A stretch of 64,000 nt of DNA from an uncultured delta proteobacterium (lineage in GTDB: Bacteria > Myxococcota_A > UBA9160 > SMWR01). The notes beneath the pieces are model-generated. The model worked only from the letters and a program-made list of their open reading frames with translations, was not told the DNA's origin and did not search any database. Within the stretch, counting starts at the first letter, position 1, and the number at the start of each line of letters is the position of its first letter. Where the stretch lies: assembly GCA_963832165.1 (NCBI GenBank), contig CAWHTE010000005.1, positions 36,850 through 100,849 on the forward strand, given 5' to 3'. A program made the translations under genes and the position numbers. Positions 30,591-39,663 of the stretch are shown one piece after another.

Positions 30591-32719
30591 CCCGGCGCGC
30601 CCTCGCGCGCCTGCGCTCGCACGCGGAGATGGCGCCGGATCCCGAGCATCGCGGCGATCATCGCAAACGCGATCGCGGTCGCTCCTGCGAGCATCGACGA
30701 GCCGTACGAGCCGATCGCCCGGGCGGCGCCGTGACCGAGCACCGCCATCACGAACAGCCCAGGCGCCAATGTGCAGACGGTTCCCAACAGGAACGGGCGC
30801 AGCGGGAAGTGCGTCGCGCCCGCGACCACGTTCACGGCCCCGAACGGCGCCAGCGGCAGCAGCCGTGCGGCGAACATCGCGCCCAGACCGCCGATCCGGA
30901 GCTGCCGGCTCACCCGGTCGACATAACGCCCGGCCAGCTGCCGGATCGTGTCGCGCCGCACGTAGACACCCATCGCATAGCCGGCGAGCGCGCCCACGAG
31001 CGCGCCGAGGAACGCCGCCGCGGACCCGATCCACGGCCCGAGCACGAATCCGCACAGCGCTCCGAGCAGGGTCACCGGGGCCATCGCGACACCACCGAGG
31101 GCGACCACCGCGCTCGCGAGCAGCGGTGCGATCGGGCTGTCGCGCCATGGCGCGAGCCATGCATCGATGCCGAACGTCGCCATGCGCGCCGGGAGCGGCG
31201 TCGCATACCAGATCGCGGCCACGCCCGCCGCTGCGGCCAGGATGATCGCGGCGTGCTCGAGCGGACCGCGCAGCGCCGCGACCGGGTCCTCCGGGGCCAG
31301 CTCCGCGATCAGGTCGCTCATGCCGACCGGATGCTCCGGATCGATCAGCGCGGAGTCGGGGACCACCGTGTCGATCCACGTGTCGCGGTCGACCGCGAGC
31401 GGAACGAGCGTGTGCCCACGCCCGCGCAGCGCCTCGATCGCGGCACCGATCGACCCGCGCTGTTGGATCTCCGCGTGGACCCGCGCCGGCGCGACGTCGA
31501 GGTGCTCACCGATCAGGCGATCGCGCAGCGCGACGATCGCCGTCTTCACGTCGCTGCGGCCGCGCGCCTCGATGAATACGTCGCACTCGCTGTCGAGCCC
31601 CATCGAGCGATTGTTCAGGTTGGCGGAGCCGATCCGCAGGATCTCGTCGTCGACGATCACCGCCTTGGCGTGGATCTTCACGTCGACGCCCTCGCCCGCA
31701 CACACGAAGTAGACGCGCAGGCGGTCGCAGCGGTCGGCCGCGCGCAGCCGCTCGAGCAGGCGCGCGCGCAGGACGCCCATCGTCGCCTCTTCGAGCCAGC
31801 CCGAGCTCGAGTGGGTGAGTACGATCACGATCTCGGGGCAGTCGTCGCGCGAGAGCCGCGCGACGAGCGCGTCGCCGACCGCAGCGCTGGTCAGGTACTG
31901 GTTCTCGATGTAGAGCGAGCGCCGCGCACCGCGGATCAGATCGATCCACGCGCTCGCCACCTCGGCGACCCGAGGACGGTCGGCATAGGCCGGCTCGGTG
32001 CGCGCGATCGCAAGGTCCACCCGCTCGACATCCGGCTTCACGCTCGCGGGCCACGGATCGCCCGCGGTCCGCACCGCTTTGCGCAGCCGTCCGCCCGCGC
32101 GGCGCCAGCGCTCTCGAGCGAGCGCTGCGAGCGCGGCCGCCGCCGCGCCATCGCAGACCATCATCAGATCATGATAAGGCGGATAGCGCCGCCCCCACGG
32201 ATCGACGCGCCGCGGGTCGTGCGGGAGATGTTCGCAGCTATCCCAGCGGCCGTGCGAGATGTCCATACCTCCCACGAACGCGATCTTGTCGTCGATCGCC
32301 ACGATCTTCTGATGCTGCGATCCGCCGATCGGGTGGAGCGAGTCGAGCCGGATGTGCACGCGGCGATGCGTGCGCCAGCCGAACTGCACCAGCGGCAGCA
32401 GCTCGCGGTCGAGCGCATAGAGCATCGGGAAGTCCCATTCGAGTACCCGCGCGTGGAGCCGCCGGCGCCGCGCGACGAGCGCATCGAGCATCGGACCGAG
32501 TTCGTGCGGCAGACCGAAGGGATTGTCGGGCTCGATCATCCGCGTCCGGCTGTTGACGTCCCAGCCCACGATGTAGATCGACCGCTCGGCGCGCGCGAAC
32601 GACTCGGCGACCGCGCGGTAGTAGTCCTCGCCGTCGATCAGGAACGCCACGCGCGACGCCGGCTCGACGCGCCAGCAGTTGTGGCCTGGCCGTGCGATCG
32701 GTGAAGTCGGCGTATTCAT
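30587..32719 (-). CDS. Phospholipase D / cardiolipin synthase-like protein fused to a C-terminal VTT (DedA/TVP38) domain
   Basis: HKD motifs HQKIVAID and HAKAVIVD, GSANLNNRS, ENQY; C-terminal RLLPLAPFGAVN. Confidence 0.92.
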   Translation of the reverse strand: MNTPTSPIARPGHNCWRVEPASRVAFLIDGEDYYRAVAESFARAERSIYIVGWDVNSRTRMIEPDNPFGLPHELGPMLDALVARRRRLHARVLEWDFPMLYALDRELLPLVQFGWRTHRRVHIRLDSLHPIGGSQHQKIVAIDDKIAFVGGMDISHGRWDSCEHLPHDPRRVDPWGRRYPPYHDLMMVCDGAAAAALAALARERWRRAGGRLRKAVRTAGDPWPASVKPDVERVDLAIARTEPAYADRPRVAEVASAWIDLIRGARRSLYIENQYLTSAAVGDALVARLSRDDCPEIVIVLTHSSSGWLEEATMGVLRARLLERLRAADRCDRLRVYFVCAGEGVDVKIHAKAVIVDDEILRIGSANLNNRSMGLDSECDVFIEARGRSDVKTAIVALRDRLIGEHLDVAPARVHAEIQQRGSIGAAIEALRGRGHTLVPLAVDRDTWIDTVVPDSALIDPEHPVGMSDLIAELAPEDPVAALRGPLEHAAIILAAAAGVAAIWYATPLPARMATFGIDAWLAPWRDSPIAPLLASAVVALGGVAMAPVTLLGALCGFVLGPWIGSAAAFLGALVGALAGYAMGVYVRRDTIRQLAGRYVDRVSRQLRIGGLGAMFAARLLPLAPFGAVNVVAGATHFPLRPFLLGTVCTLAPGLFVMAVLGHGAARAIGSYGSSMLAGATAIAFAMIAAMLGIRRHLRVRAQAREGAPG

Positions 32720-32751
32720 CGAGTGGGTCCCCGGGCAGCTCGCGCAGAATT

Positions 32752-32782
32752 ACATCCTGCAGGATGTGCAAGTTGCGTACCG
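32752..32782 (-). promoter_or_regulatory. Putative sigma54 promoter with adjacent perfect 16-bp palindrome
   Basis: Minus strand CGGTACGCAACTTGCA (32782-32767, GG-N10-GC); ACATCCTGCAGGATGT at 32752-32767. Confidence 0.55.
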
Positions 32783-32864
32783 ACGCGGTCGATTCTCGTG
32801 CGAGAAGGAGCGGGAGATGCCTTGCGGTTGAGTCAGTTGCGCGCGGCGCAGTAGGATCCGACCC

Positions 32865-33713
32865 ATGCCGCCCTCGCCCACCGTATCGCGCGCGCGACGG
32901 CGCTTCGGACCCCGGGAATGGGCTGCGGGCGCAGTCGCGGGCGCGCTGCTGGTCTGGATCGCCAGCTGCTCGCTGTGCAGCGACTCGGAGGAGCTCGCGA
33001 GTCCGCAGCCGCGGCCGGCGCGATCGCCCGGCCTCGCCGCATCGGGCTCGGACCAGGAGATCGTCGCGCTGCGGATGGCACTCGAACGTGAGATCGAGGA
33101 GCGCGAGCATCTGGCCGCCGAAGTGGCCTCGCTGCGTGAGCAGATCGAATCCGGAGCCACCGCCGCAGGCCCCGACGCGGCGAGCTCCGCGGCGACGCCG
33201 GACCGCGGCACACGGCGCTCCATGTTCGATGGGAACGCGTTGGTCACCGCGGGCACGGCGCCCGCAGATGCGCAGGAGTTGCGCAGTCGCTGGGAGAGCA
33301 CGGAGCTCGAGAAGATCCGGCTGATCGACCGCGCGACACGCGAGGGATGGCTCGGCACGGCGCAATACCAGGAGGAGCTGAACGCCCTCGAGAGCAATCT
33401 TCGCCGAGGCCTGAACGAGTCGGACTACGACCGCTACCTCTACGCGACGGGCCGGAACAACCGCGCACAGATCACCGATGTGCTCGCGAACTCGCCCGGC
33501 GAAGCTGCCGGATTCCGCCCCGGAGACACGATCCTCAGCTACGACGGCAAGCGCGTGTTCAGCATCGAGGAGCTGCGCGACCTGGCCACCCGAAGCCGGC
33601 CCGGGGACACGATCCGCGTCGAGGTCTTGCAGGACGGTAAGGTCGAGACCTTCTCCGTCCCGGGAGGGCCGATCGGGCTCATGCTGAAGCCCGGGCACCA
33701 GTCGCCGCGCTGA
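32865..33713 (+). CDS. Membrane-anchored protein with coiled coil and C-terminal PDZ domain
   Basis: N-terminal TM; VLANSPGEAAGFRPGDTILSYDG PDZ signature. Confidence 0.85.
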   Translation: MPPSPTVSRARRRFGPREWAAGAVAGALLVWIASCSLCSDSEELASPQPRPARSPGLAASGSDQEIVALRMALEREIEEREHLAAEVASLREQIESGATAAGPDAASSAATPDRGTRRSMFDGNALVTAGTAPADAQELRSRWESTELEKIRLIDRATREGWLGTAQYQEELNALESNLRRGLNESDYDRYLYATGRNNRAQITDVLANSPGEAAGFRPGDTILSYDGKRVFSIEELRDLATRSRPGDTIRVEVLQDGKVETFSVPGGPIGLMLKPGHQSPR

Positions 33714-33836
33714 CGCGCGCCGTCACGCGATGCGGCGCCGCGGCCACAATCTGCTTGCAAATGCCGTTCTAGAGCGAGTAATAATGCCCCCCAGCGCGCT
33801 AAACGCGGTGGATTCCACTCTATTCGGAGGCTCCAA

Positions 33837-34169
33837 ATGAAGGTCTGGACTGGTTATCAGAAAGGCTTGCTGCTGGTTGGGCTGATCGCGGGCGTTTCCG
33901 CCGGGTCGATCGTCTTCTCGACGTCGATGTCCCAGGCGGCTCCGCCCGACAAGGTCACGGTCTGCCATGCGGACGGTCAGGACGGCACGATCAAGTTCAG
34001 CGTGATCGTCGTTTCGCCGCAGGGCGCGGCGGCTCACCTCGATCCCGTCACCGGCACGCCGAAAGCGGGCCACGAGGATGACATCCTCGGCGCAGACGGC
34101 GTCTGCCCCGGCGGTCCGACCCCGACTCCGACCCCCACGCCGACTCCGACTCCCACTCCGGGAGTCTGA
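33837..34169 (+). CDS. Small secreted protein with KVTVCH...AHL...GH..D motif and Pro-Thr tail
   Basis: GGAGG RBS, signal peptide ending SQA-A, two Cys, three His, (PT)7P. Confidence 0.8.
   Translation: MKVWTGYQKGLLLVGLIAGVSAGSIVFSTSMSQAAPPDKVTVCHADGQDGTIKFSVIVVSPQGAAAHLDPVTGTPKAGHEDDILGADGVCPGGPTPTPTPTPTPTPTPGV
34116..34160 (+). repeat. Coding tandem repeat (CCN ACN)x7 giving a Pro-Thr tail
   Basis: ccgacc ccgact ccgacc cccacg ccgact ccgact cccact ccg. Confidence 0.9.
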
Positions 34170-34207
34170 GCCCGGGCGACTCGCCTAACAGCGAGCGTGT
34201 TTGATAG

Positions 34208-34240
34208 CGCGGGAGGGCCTCGGCCCTCCCGCGTTGCATT
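34208..34240. terminator. Hairpin terminator between convergent genes
   Basis: CGCGGGAGGGC-CTCG-GCCCTCCCGCG followed by TTGCATTT. Confidence 0.65.
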
Positions 34241-35593
34241 TCAGCGCCAACCCGGCACGGATGTATACACGGTGCGCTGATAGTCGGGCGCCTTCACGTA
34301 GCTCAGCGTGAACGGGCTGATCAGCGCGAAGCCGAGGACCAGCGCCGCGACCGTGAGCCACACGCTGCCGCGCTGCTCGCGCCAGCTTCCCGGCCGGGTC
34401 CACCAGCCACTGTGATCGAGCCAGAGCGCCACCGCGATCACGCCGAAGACGAGCGGCGTCAGGTAGTGGTAGAGGAAGAGCACGCGCGATACGCCCGAGA
34501 GCGGTGCGTAGGAGATCAACCACCCGCATACGGGAATCCACAACTGCGCGGGCCACGCGCGCTCGGGATCGCCGGGCGCCGGCTCCGTCAACGCGCGCAG
34601 CGGAAGCGCCGCGAGCACGAGCACCAGACCGACGGCGGTCCCCCACCACACGACCGGATTGCCCAGGAAGAAGAGATGACTGCCGCTCCCGCTCCAGTAG
34701 GAGACGGCGCGCAGCATCAGTGGCCAGCTCCACCACGGGCTCGCATAACCGTGGCTCGCGGGAAGACCCGTGTTGGCGCCCCACATCCGCACCTGCACGG
34801 TGAGCGTATCCGCGAGCCAGTCGCCGGTCGGCGCGCCCCACCGGTCGCCGGGCCCGGGCTCGGAGAGCAGCGCGAAGTGCAGCCACCAGCCCGCGGCGTA
34901 GACCGCGAGTGCCGCCGCCGTCACCGCGAACGCATCTCCCGCGAGCGTACGCAGCACCGAGAAGCGGCGATCGCGCAGCCAGGCGGCGATGCCGCACAGG
35001 CCGACCATCGCGAGCGCGGCGAGGCCGGTGAGCTTGGTGCCCACCGCGAGCCCCACGCACAGCCCGGACGCGAGCGTCCAGACCAGGCGCGGTGCGCCGC
35101 GCGCGTTCAGCGCGGCCAGGTAGCAGGACAGCGCGCCGAGTGTGGCGGCCACGAGCACGCCATCGAGCACGAGGATGCGCGTCTGGATCAGCAGCGCGTT
35201 GTCCAGCGCGATGGCGAGCGCTCCCAACAGCGCTCCCCAATCACTGGCTTGGAGTTGGATCAGAAGTGCGAAGACGAGCAGGGGGATCAGCGTGCCCGCC
35301 AGCGCCGGAACGAGGCGCAGCAGCGCGGGCGAGACCTTCGTGATCGGCCGATGGATCGCTCCGAACTCCTGGTCACCGCGGTACCCGCCCAGCGCCGCCG
35401 CGCCAGCCACGAGCAGCTTCGCGTGCGGCGGGTGGACGTCGAAGAAGTACGCCCCGGAGCTCACGTACGCGTTCACGAACTCGCCGAACCACGACTCGTC
35501 GAACACGACCGATCGCGGCTCCGAGAGCCGGAAGAAGTGCAGCGGCACCGTGACGGCGGCGACCGCGAGCAGATATCGCGTTCGTCGGCTCAA
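34241..35593 (-). CDS. Protein O-mannosyltransferase (PMT, GT39)
   Basis: VVFDE, FFDVHPPHAK, RILVLD, SPWWSWPL, LGNPVVWW, RVLFLYHYL; TTG start inferred. Confidence 0.88.
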   Translation of the reverse strand: MSRRTRYLLAVAAVTVPLHFFRLSEPRSVVFDESWFGEFVNAYVSSGAYFFDVHPPHAKLLVAGAAALGGYRGDQEFGAIHRPITKVSPALLRLVPALAGTLIPLLVFALLIQLQASDWGALLGALAIALDNALLIQTRILVLDGVLVAATLGALSCYLAALNARGAPRLVWTLASGLCVGLAVGTKLTGLAALAMVGLCGIAAWLRDRRFSVLRTLAGDAFAVTAAALAVYAAGWWLHFALLSEPGPGDRWGAPTGDWLADTLTVQVRMWGANTGLPASHGYASPWWSWPLMLRAVSYWSGSGSHLFFLGNPVVWWGTAVGLVLVLAALPLRALTEPAPGDPERAWPAQLWIPVCGWLISYAPLSGVSRVLFLYHYLTPLVFGVIAVALWLDHSGWWTRPGSWREQRGSVWLTVAALVLGFALISPFTLSYVKAPDYQRTVYTSVPGWR

Positions 35594-35595
35594 AC

Positions 35596-37125
35596 CTAGA
35601 CCGGCGTGATGTTCCGCCGCTTGGACGGCGCCGGATCGCGCCGGCCCCACGCGGCGCGCAGCCGCGCCGCGAGCTCGTTGCGCAGCTCGCGGTGCGGCAC
35701 CACCGCATCGACGGCGAGCTCGCTCGCGAGCCGCTCGATGTCGATGTCCTCGCGGAACTCGCCGCGCAGCCGCTCCTCCTCGACCGCGCGCTCCGCCTCG
35801 GGCAGCGCCTCGAGCTTGTTGAAGTACACCGCGTTCACGGCCGCCTCGGGGCCCATCACCGCGATCATGGCGCCCGGCAGCGCGAGCGTGGCCTCGGGCT
35901 CGAAGCCGGGTCCGCTCATCGCGTAGAGCCCGGCGCCGTAGGCCTTGCGCACGATGATCGAGAAGCGCGGCACGGTCGCCGACGACACCGCGGAGATCAT
36001 CTTCGCGCCCGCGCGGATGATCCCCTGGCGCTCCACCTGCACGCCGACCATGAAGCCGGGCACGTCGGCGAGGAACACGATCGGCAGTCCGAACGCGTCG
36101 CAGAGCCAGATGAAGCGCGCGGCCTTGTCGGCCGAGTCGACGAACAGCACGCCGCCCTTCGCCTTGGGCTGGTTCGCGACGATCCCGACCGGGTGGCCGT
36201 CGATGCGCGCGAACGCCGTGATCAGCTCCTTCGCGAACAGCCGCTTGATCTCGAACAGACTGTCCGCGTCGATCAAGCGCTCGATCACGCGCAGCATGTC
36301 GAACGTCTTGTTCTCCTGCGCGGGGATCTGCGCCTCGAGATCGTCGCAGCTCGCGATCGGCGCGACGGCCTCGGTGATCGGCGGCAGGGCGTCGCAGCTC
36401 GAGGGCAGATACGAGAGATAGGCGCGCGCGACCGCGATCGCCTCGGGCTCGGTCGCGACGAGAATGTCGCCGCAGCCCGAGGTGGTGCAGTGCATGCGCG
36501 CACCGCCCATCTCCTCGAGCGTGGTGTCCTGCGCGATCACCTTGGCCACCATGCGCGGCGAGCCCAGGTACATGCTCGCGTTGCCCTCGACCATCACCAC
36601 GATGTCACAGAACGCGGGGATGTAGGCGCCACCCGCGGCCGAGGGCCCGAACAAGAGACACACCTGCGGCACGCGCCCCGACATCCGCACCTGGTTGTGG
36701 AAGATGCGCCCCGCGCCGCGCCGGCCCGGGAACATGTCGATCTGGTCGGTGATGCGCGCGCCCGCGGAATCCACGAGGTACACGAGCGGAACACCGGCGC
36801 GCTCGGCGCGCTCCTGCACGCGCAGGATCTTCTCGACCGTGCGCTTGCCCCACGAGCCCGCCTTCACGGTCGAGTCGTTCGCCATCACGCACACGGGCCG
36901 GCCGTCGATCCGGCCCGCCCCCGTCACCACGCCGTCCGCGGGCAGATCCCCCGCGAGGCTGTTCGCGAACGCGGCGTCCTCGACGAAAGAGTCGGCGTCG
37001 AGCAGCAGTGCGAGCCGCTCGCGGCAGAACAGCTTGCCCTCGGCGCGCGCCTTCTCGTGATACTTCGCGTCGCCGCCCCGGCGGATCTTCTCGAGCCGCT
37101 CGACCGCATCCTGCTCGCGCTTCAT
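35596..37125 (-). CDS. Acyl-CoA carboxylase carboxyltransferase (beta) subunit, methylcrotonyl-CoA carboxylase-like
   Basis: ADGVVTG, VDSAGARI, SAAGGAY, DVPGFMVG, RKAYGAGLYAM; coupled to HMG-CoA lyase. Confidence 0.9.
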   Translation of the reverse strand: MKREQDAVERLEKIRRGGDAKYHEKARAEGKLFCRERLALLLDADSFVEDAAFANSLAGDLPADGVVTGAGRIDGRPVCVMANDSTVKAGSWGKRTVEKILRVQERAERAGVPLVYLVDSAGARITDQIDMFPGRRGAGRIFHNQVRMSGRVPQVCLLFGPSAAGGAYIPAFCDIVVMVEGNASMYLGSPRMVAKVIAQDTTLEEMGGARMHCTTSGCGDILVATEPEAIAVARAYLSYLPSSCDALPPITEAVAPIASCDDLEAQIPAQENKTFDMLRVIERLIDADSLFEIKRLFAKELITAFARIDGHPVGIVANQPKAKGGVLFVDSADKAARFIWLCDAFGLPIVFLADVPGFMVGVQVERQGIIRAGAKMISAVSSATVPRFSIIVRKAYGAGLYAMSGPGFEPEATLALPGAMIAVMGPEAAVNAVYFNKLEALPEAERAVEEERLRGEFREDIDIERLASELAVDAVVPHRELRNELAARLRAAWGRRDPAPSKRRNITPV

Positions 37126-38054
37126 CGGGCTGCCTCGCGCTCGCGCGCGCCGCGCAGGGCCCGGTACACGCGCCCCGGCAGCGGTCGCCTGAGCACCTGG
37201 TTCTCGAGCCACGCGCTCGTGTCGACGAGCGCATCGAGCGACACCCCCGTGGCGACGCCGCTCCTCTCGAACAGATCCACGACGTCCTCCGTGGCGACAT
37301 TGCCCGACGCGCCCGGCGCATACGGGCAGCCGCCGAGCCCACCGAGCGAGCTGTCGAACGTGCGCACGCCGGCCTCGTAGCCCGCGGCGACGTTCGCGAG
37401 CGCGCGCCCGTAGGTGTCGTGCAGGTGCAGCGCGACGCCGTCGAGCGGCGCCACGCCCGCCACCGCAGCGACGAGCGCGCGCACACCGCTCGGCACGCCC
37501 ACGCCGATCGTGTCGCCGAGCGAGATCTCCGCCACACCCAGCGCGCGCAGCTTCTCCACGAGCGCGGTCACCGCGCCGACCGCCACCGCACCCTCGTACG
37601 GGCAGCCGCACACGGTCGAGACGTAGGCGCGCAGCCCGATTCCGTCCGCGAGCGCGCGCTCCGCGACGGGCCGGATCCGCTCGAGCTGGTCCGCGACGCT
37701 GCAGTTCAGGTTCTTGCGGTTGTGGGTCTCGCTCGCGGAGATGAACACCGCCGCCGTTTCGACGCCACCCGCGGCCCGAAAACGCGCGTAGCCCTGCTCG
37801 TTGGGCACCAGCGCGCTGAAGCGCACACCCGGGATCTCGGGCAGCGCCGCCGCGAGCGCGTCGCTGTCGGCGAGCTGCGGGATCCACTTGGGCGACACGA
37901 AGGAGGTCACCTCGATCCGCGCGAGGCCCGCGGCCGCGAGCCGGCGCACCAGCTCGAGCTTCGCCTCGGTCGGCACGGTCTCGGGCTCGTTCTGGAGCCC
38001 GTCGCGGGGACCTACTTCGTAGATGCAGACGCCGGGCGCAGCCACGCGGCTCAA
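37122..38054 (-). CDS. Hydroxymethylglutaryl-CoA lyase
   Basis: EVGPRDGLQNE, SFVSPKWIPQ, GCPYEG, HLHDTYG, GLGGCPYAPGASGN. Confidence 0.95.
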   Translation of the reverse strand: MSRVAAPGVCIYEVGPRDGLQNEPETVPTEAKLELVRRLAAAGLARIEVTSFVSPKWIPQLADSDALAAALPEIPGVRFSALVPNEQGYARFRAAGGVETAAVFISASETHNRKNLNCSVADQLERIRPVAERALADGIGLRAYVSTVCGCPYEGAVAVGAVTALVEKLRALGVAEISLGDTIGVGVPSGVRALVAAVAGVAPLDGVALHLHDTYGRALANVAAGYEAGVRTFDSSLGGLGGCPYAPGASGNVATEDVVDLFERSGVATGVSLDALVDTSAWLENQVLRRPLPGRVYRALRGAREREAAR

Positions 38055-38917
38055 ACGTACCCGAGTGCCTTGATGCGCGCAGGCCGCTTCGACCAGCGCG
38101 GCTCCACCTTCACCCAGAGCTCCAGGTGGACCTGCGCATCGACCAGCTTCTCGATCTCGCGGCGCGCGCGGATGCCGATCTGCTTGATCCGTTGGCCGCC
38201 CTCCCCGATCACGATCCCCTTCTGGCTCGCGCGCTCGACGATCAGGTTCGCGCGAATCCGCACGAGATCGCTGCGCGACTCGTCGAACTGCTCGATCTCC
38301 ACCGCGAGCGAGTACGGTACCTCCTGATCCAGCGCATCGGTGGCGGCCTCGCGCACGAGCTCAGCCGCGAGGAAGCGCACCGGCCGATCGGAGAGATCGT
38401 CCTCGGGATAGAGCGGCGGCGACTCCGGCAGCCGCTCGCAGAGTGCGTCGAGCAGCGCATCGAGCCCCTCGCCCGAATGCGCGGAAACGCGGAACGCGCT
38501 CGGCGCATTCGGCGGCAACACCGCCTCGCGCGCGCCCGCGCGGTCGAGCTTGGTGCCCGCCACGACCACGGGCGTGCCGCGCTCGGCCAGATGTGCGAGC
38601 AGCGCCGCATGATCCTCGCCGAACCCGACCAGCAGATCGAACAGGACGAGCGCGACGTCGCAGTCGTCGGCGGCCTCGTGCGCCTGCCGGTTCAAGATCG
38701 CGTTGAACGTGCGCTCGCTGGTGTGGAGCCCGGGCGTGTCGAAGAAGAGCAGCTGCGCGTCCGGGCGGTTCTTGATGCCGAGGATCCGGCTGCGCGTGGT
38801 CTGCGGCTTCGCGCACACGATCGCGAGCTTCTCGCCCAGGACCGCATTGAGCAGCGACGACTTGCCCGCGTTCGGCCGTCCGAGGATCGCCACCGCACCC
38901 GCGCGATGCGCGGTCAC
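38051..38917 (-). CDS. era: GTPase Era
   Basis: GRPNAGKSS, PQTTR, DTPG, EVPY, KH domain SQKGIVIGEGG, LWVKV; follows rnc. Confidence 0.95.
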   Translation of the reverse strand: MTAHRAGAVAILGRPNAGKSSLLNAVLGEKLAIVCAKPQTTRSRILGIKNRPDAQLLFFDTPGLHTSERTFNAILNRQAHEAADDCDVALVLFDLLVGFGEDHAALLAHLAERGTPVVVAGTKLDRAGAREAVLPPNAPSAFRVSAHSGEGLDALLDALCERLPESPPLYPEDDLSDRPVRFLAAELVREAATDALDQEVPYSLAVEIEQFDESRSDLVRIRANLIVERASQKGIVIGEGGQRIKQIGIRARREIEKLVDAQVHLELWVKVEPRWSKRPARIKALGYV

Positions 38918-39663
38918 GGGCACTCCTGCGAATCTTCGGGCTCGCTCGTCGGCGTTTGCGGGCGGCGCGCGAGCGCGGCCGCGGCCGCCGCGCGCTCGGC
39001 GAGCCGCTTGCTGCGACCCGTGCCCGTGCCCCAGGGCTCGCCGGCCACGCGCACCTCCACGGTGAAGCGCACGATGTCGTCCTCGATCGCGCTGTCGGCC
39101 ACCGTGTGGTAGCTCGGCGTCGCGCGAAGCACGGCGTGCGCCCATTCCTGGAACGAGGTCTTTGCGTCGGCCACGAGCGAGCTCTGCGGGTCGCCTGTGA
39201 ACCAGGCCGTCACATAGGCCTGCACCGGCGCGAGCCCGCCGTCGAGATAGAGCGCGCCGATCACGGCTTCGAAGACGTTGGCGAGGATCGAATCCTTCTC
39301 CGCGCCGCCCGAGCGCAGCTCGGTGCGGCCGAGCTTCACGAGCGCGGGCAGCGCGAGCTCGCGCGCGCGTTCGGCGAGCGCATCGCCGCGCACGAGCGAC
39401 GCGCGCGCGCGCGTGAGCTGGCCCTCGTGCCACTCCGGATGCGCCGCGTACAGCGCCTCGCCCACCACGAGGTCGAGCACCGCGTCGCCGAGGAATTCGA
39501 GCCGCTCGTTGCCGCGGTCGCCGCGCATCTCGTGCGCATACGACGCGTGCGAGAGCGCCGTGAGCAGGGTATCTCGATCGCGGAACTCGTAGCCGAACGC
39601 GCGGGACAGCACGGCCACCGGATCGACCTCGGGTGCGGCGACCGGTTCCTGGCCCGAGCTCAT
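38914..39663 (-). CDS. rnc: Ribonuclease III
   Basis: NERLEFLGDAVL, FEAVIGALYLD, dsRBD DAKTSFQEW..GRSKRLAE. Confidence 0.96.
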   Translation of the reverse strand: MSSGQEPVAAPEVDPVAVLSRAFGYEFRDRDTLLTALSHASYAHEMRGDRGNERLEFLGDAVLDLVVGEALYAAHPEWHEGQLTRARASLVRGDALAERARELALPALVKLGRTELRSGGAEKDSILANVFEAVIGALYLDGGLAPVQAYVTAWFTGDPQSSLVADAKTSFQEWAHAVLRATPSYHTVADSAIEDDIVRFTVEVRVAGEPWGTGTGRSKRLAERAAAAAALARRPQTPTSEPEDSQECP

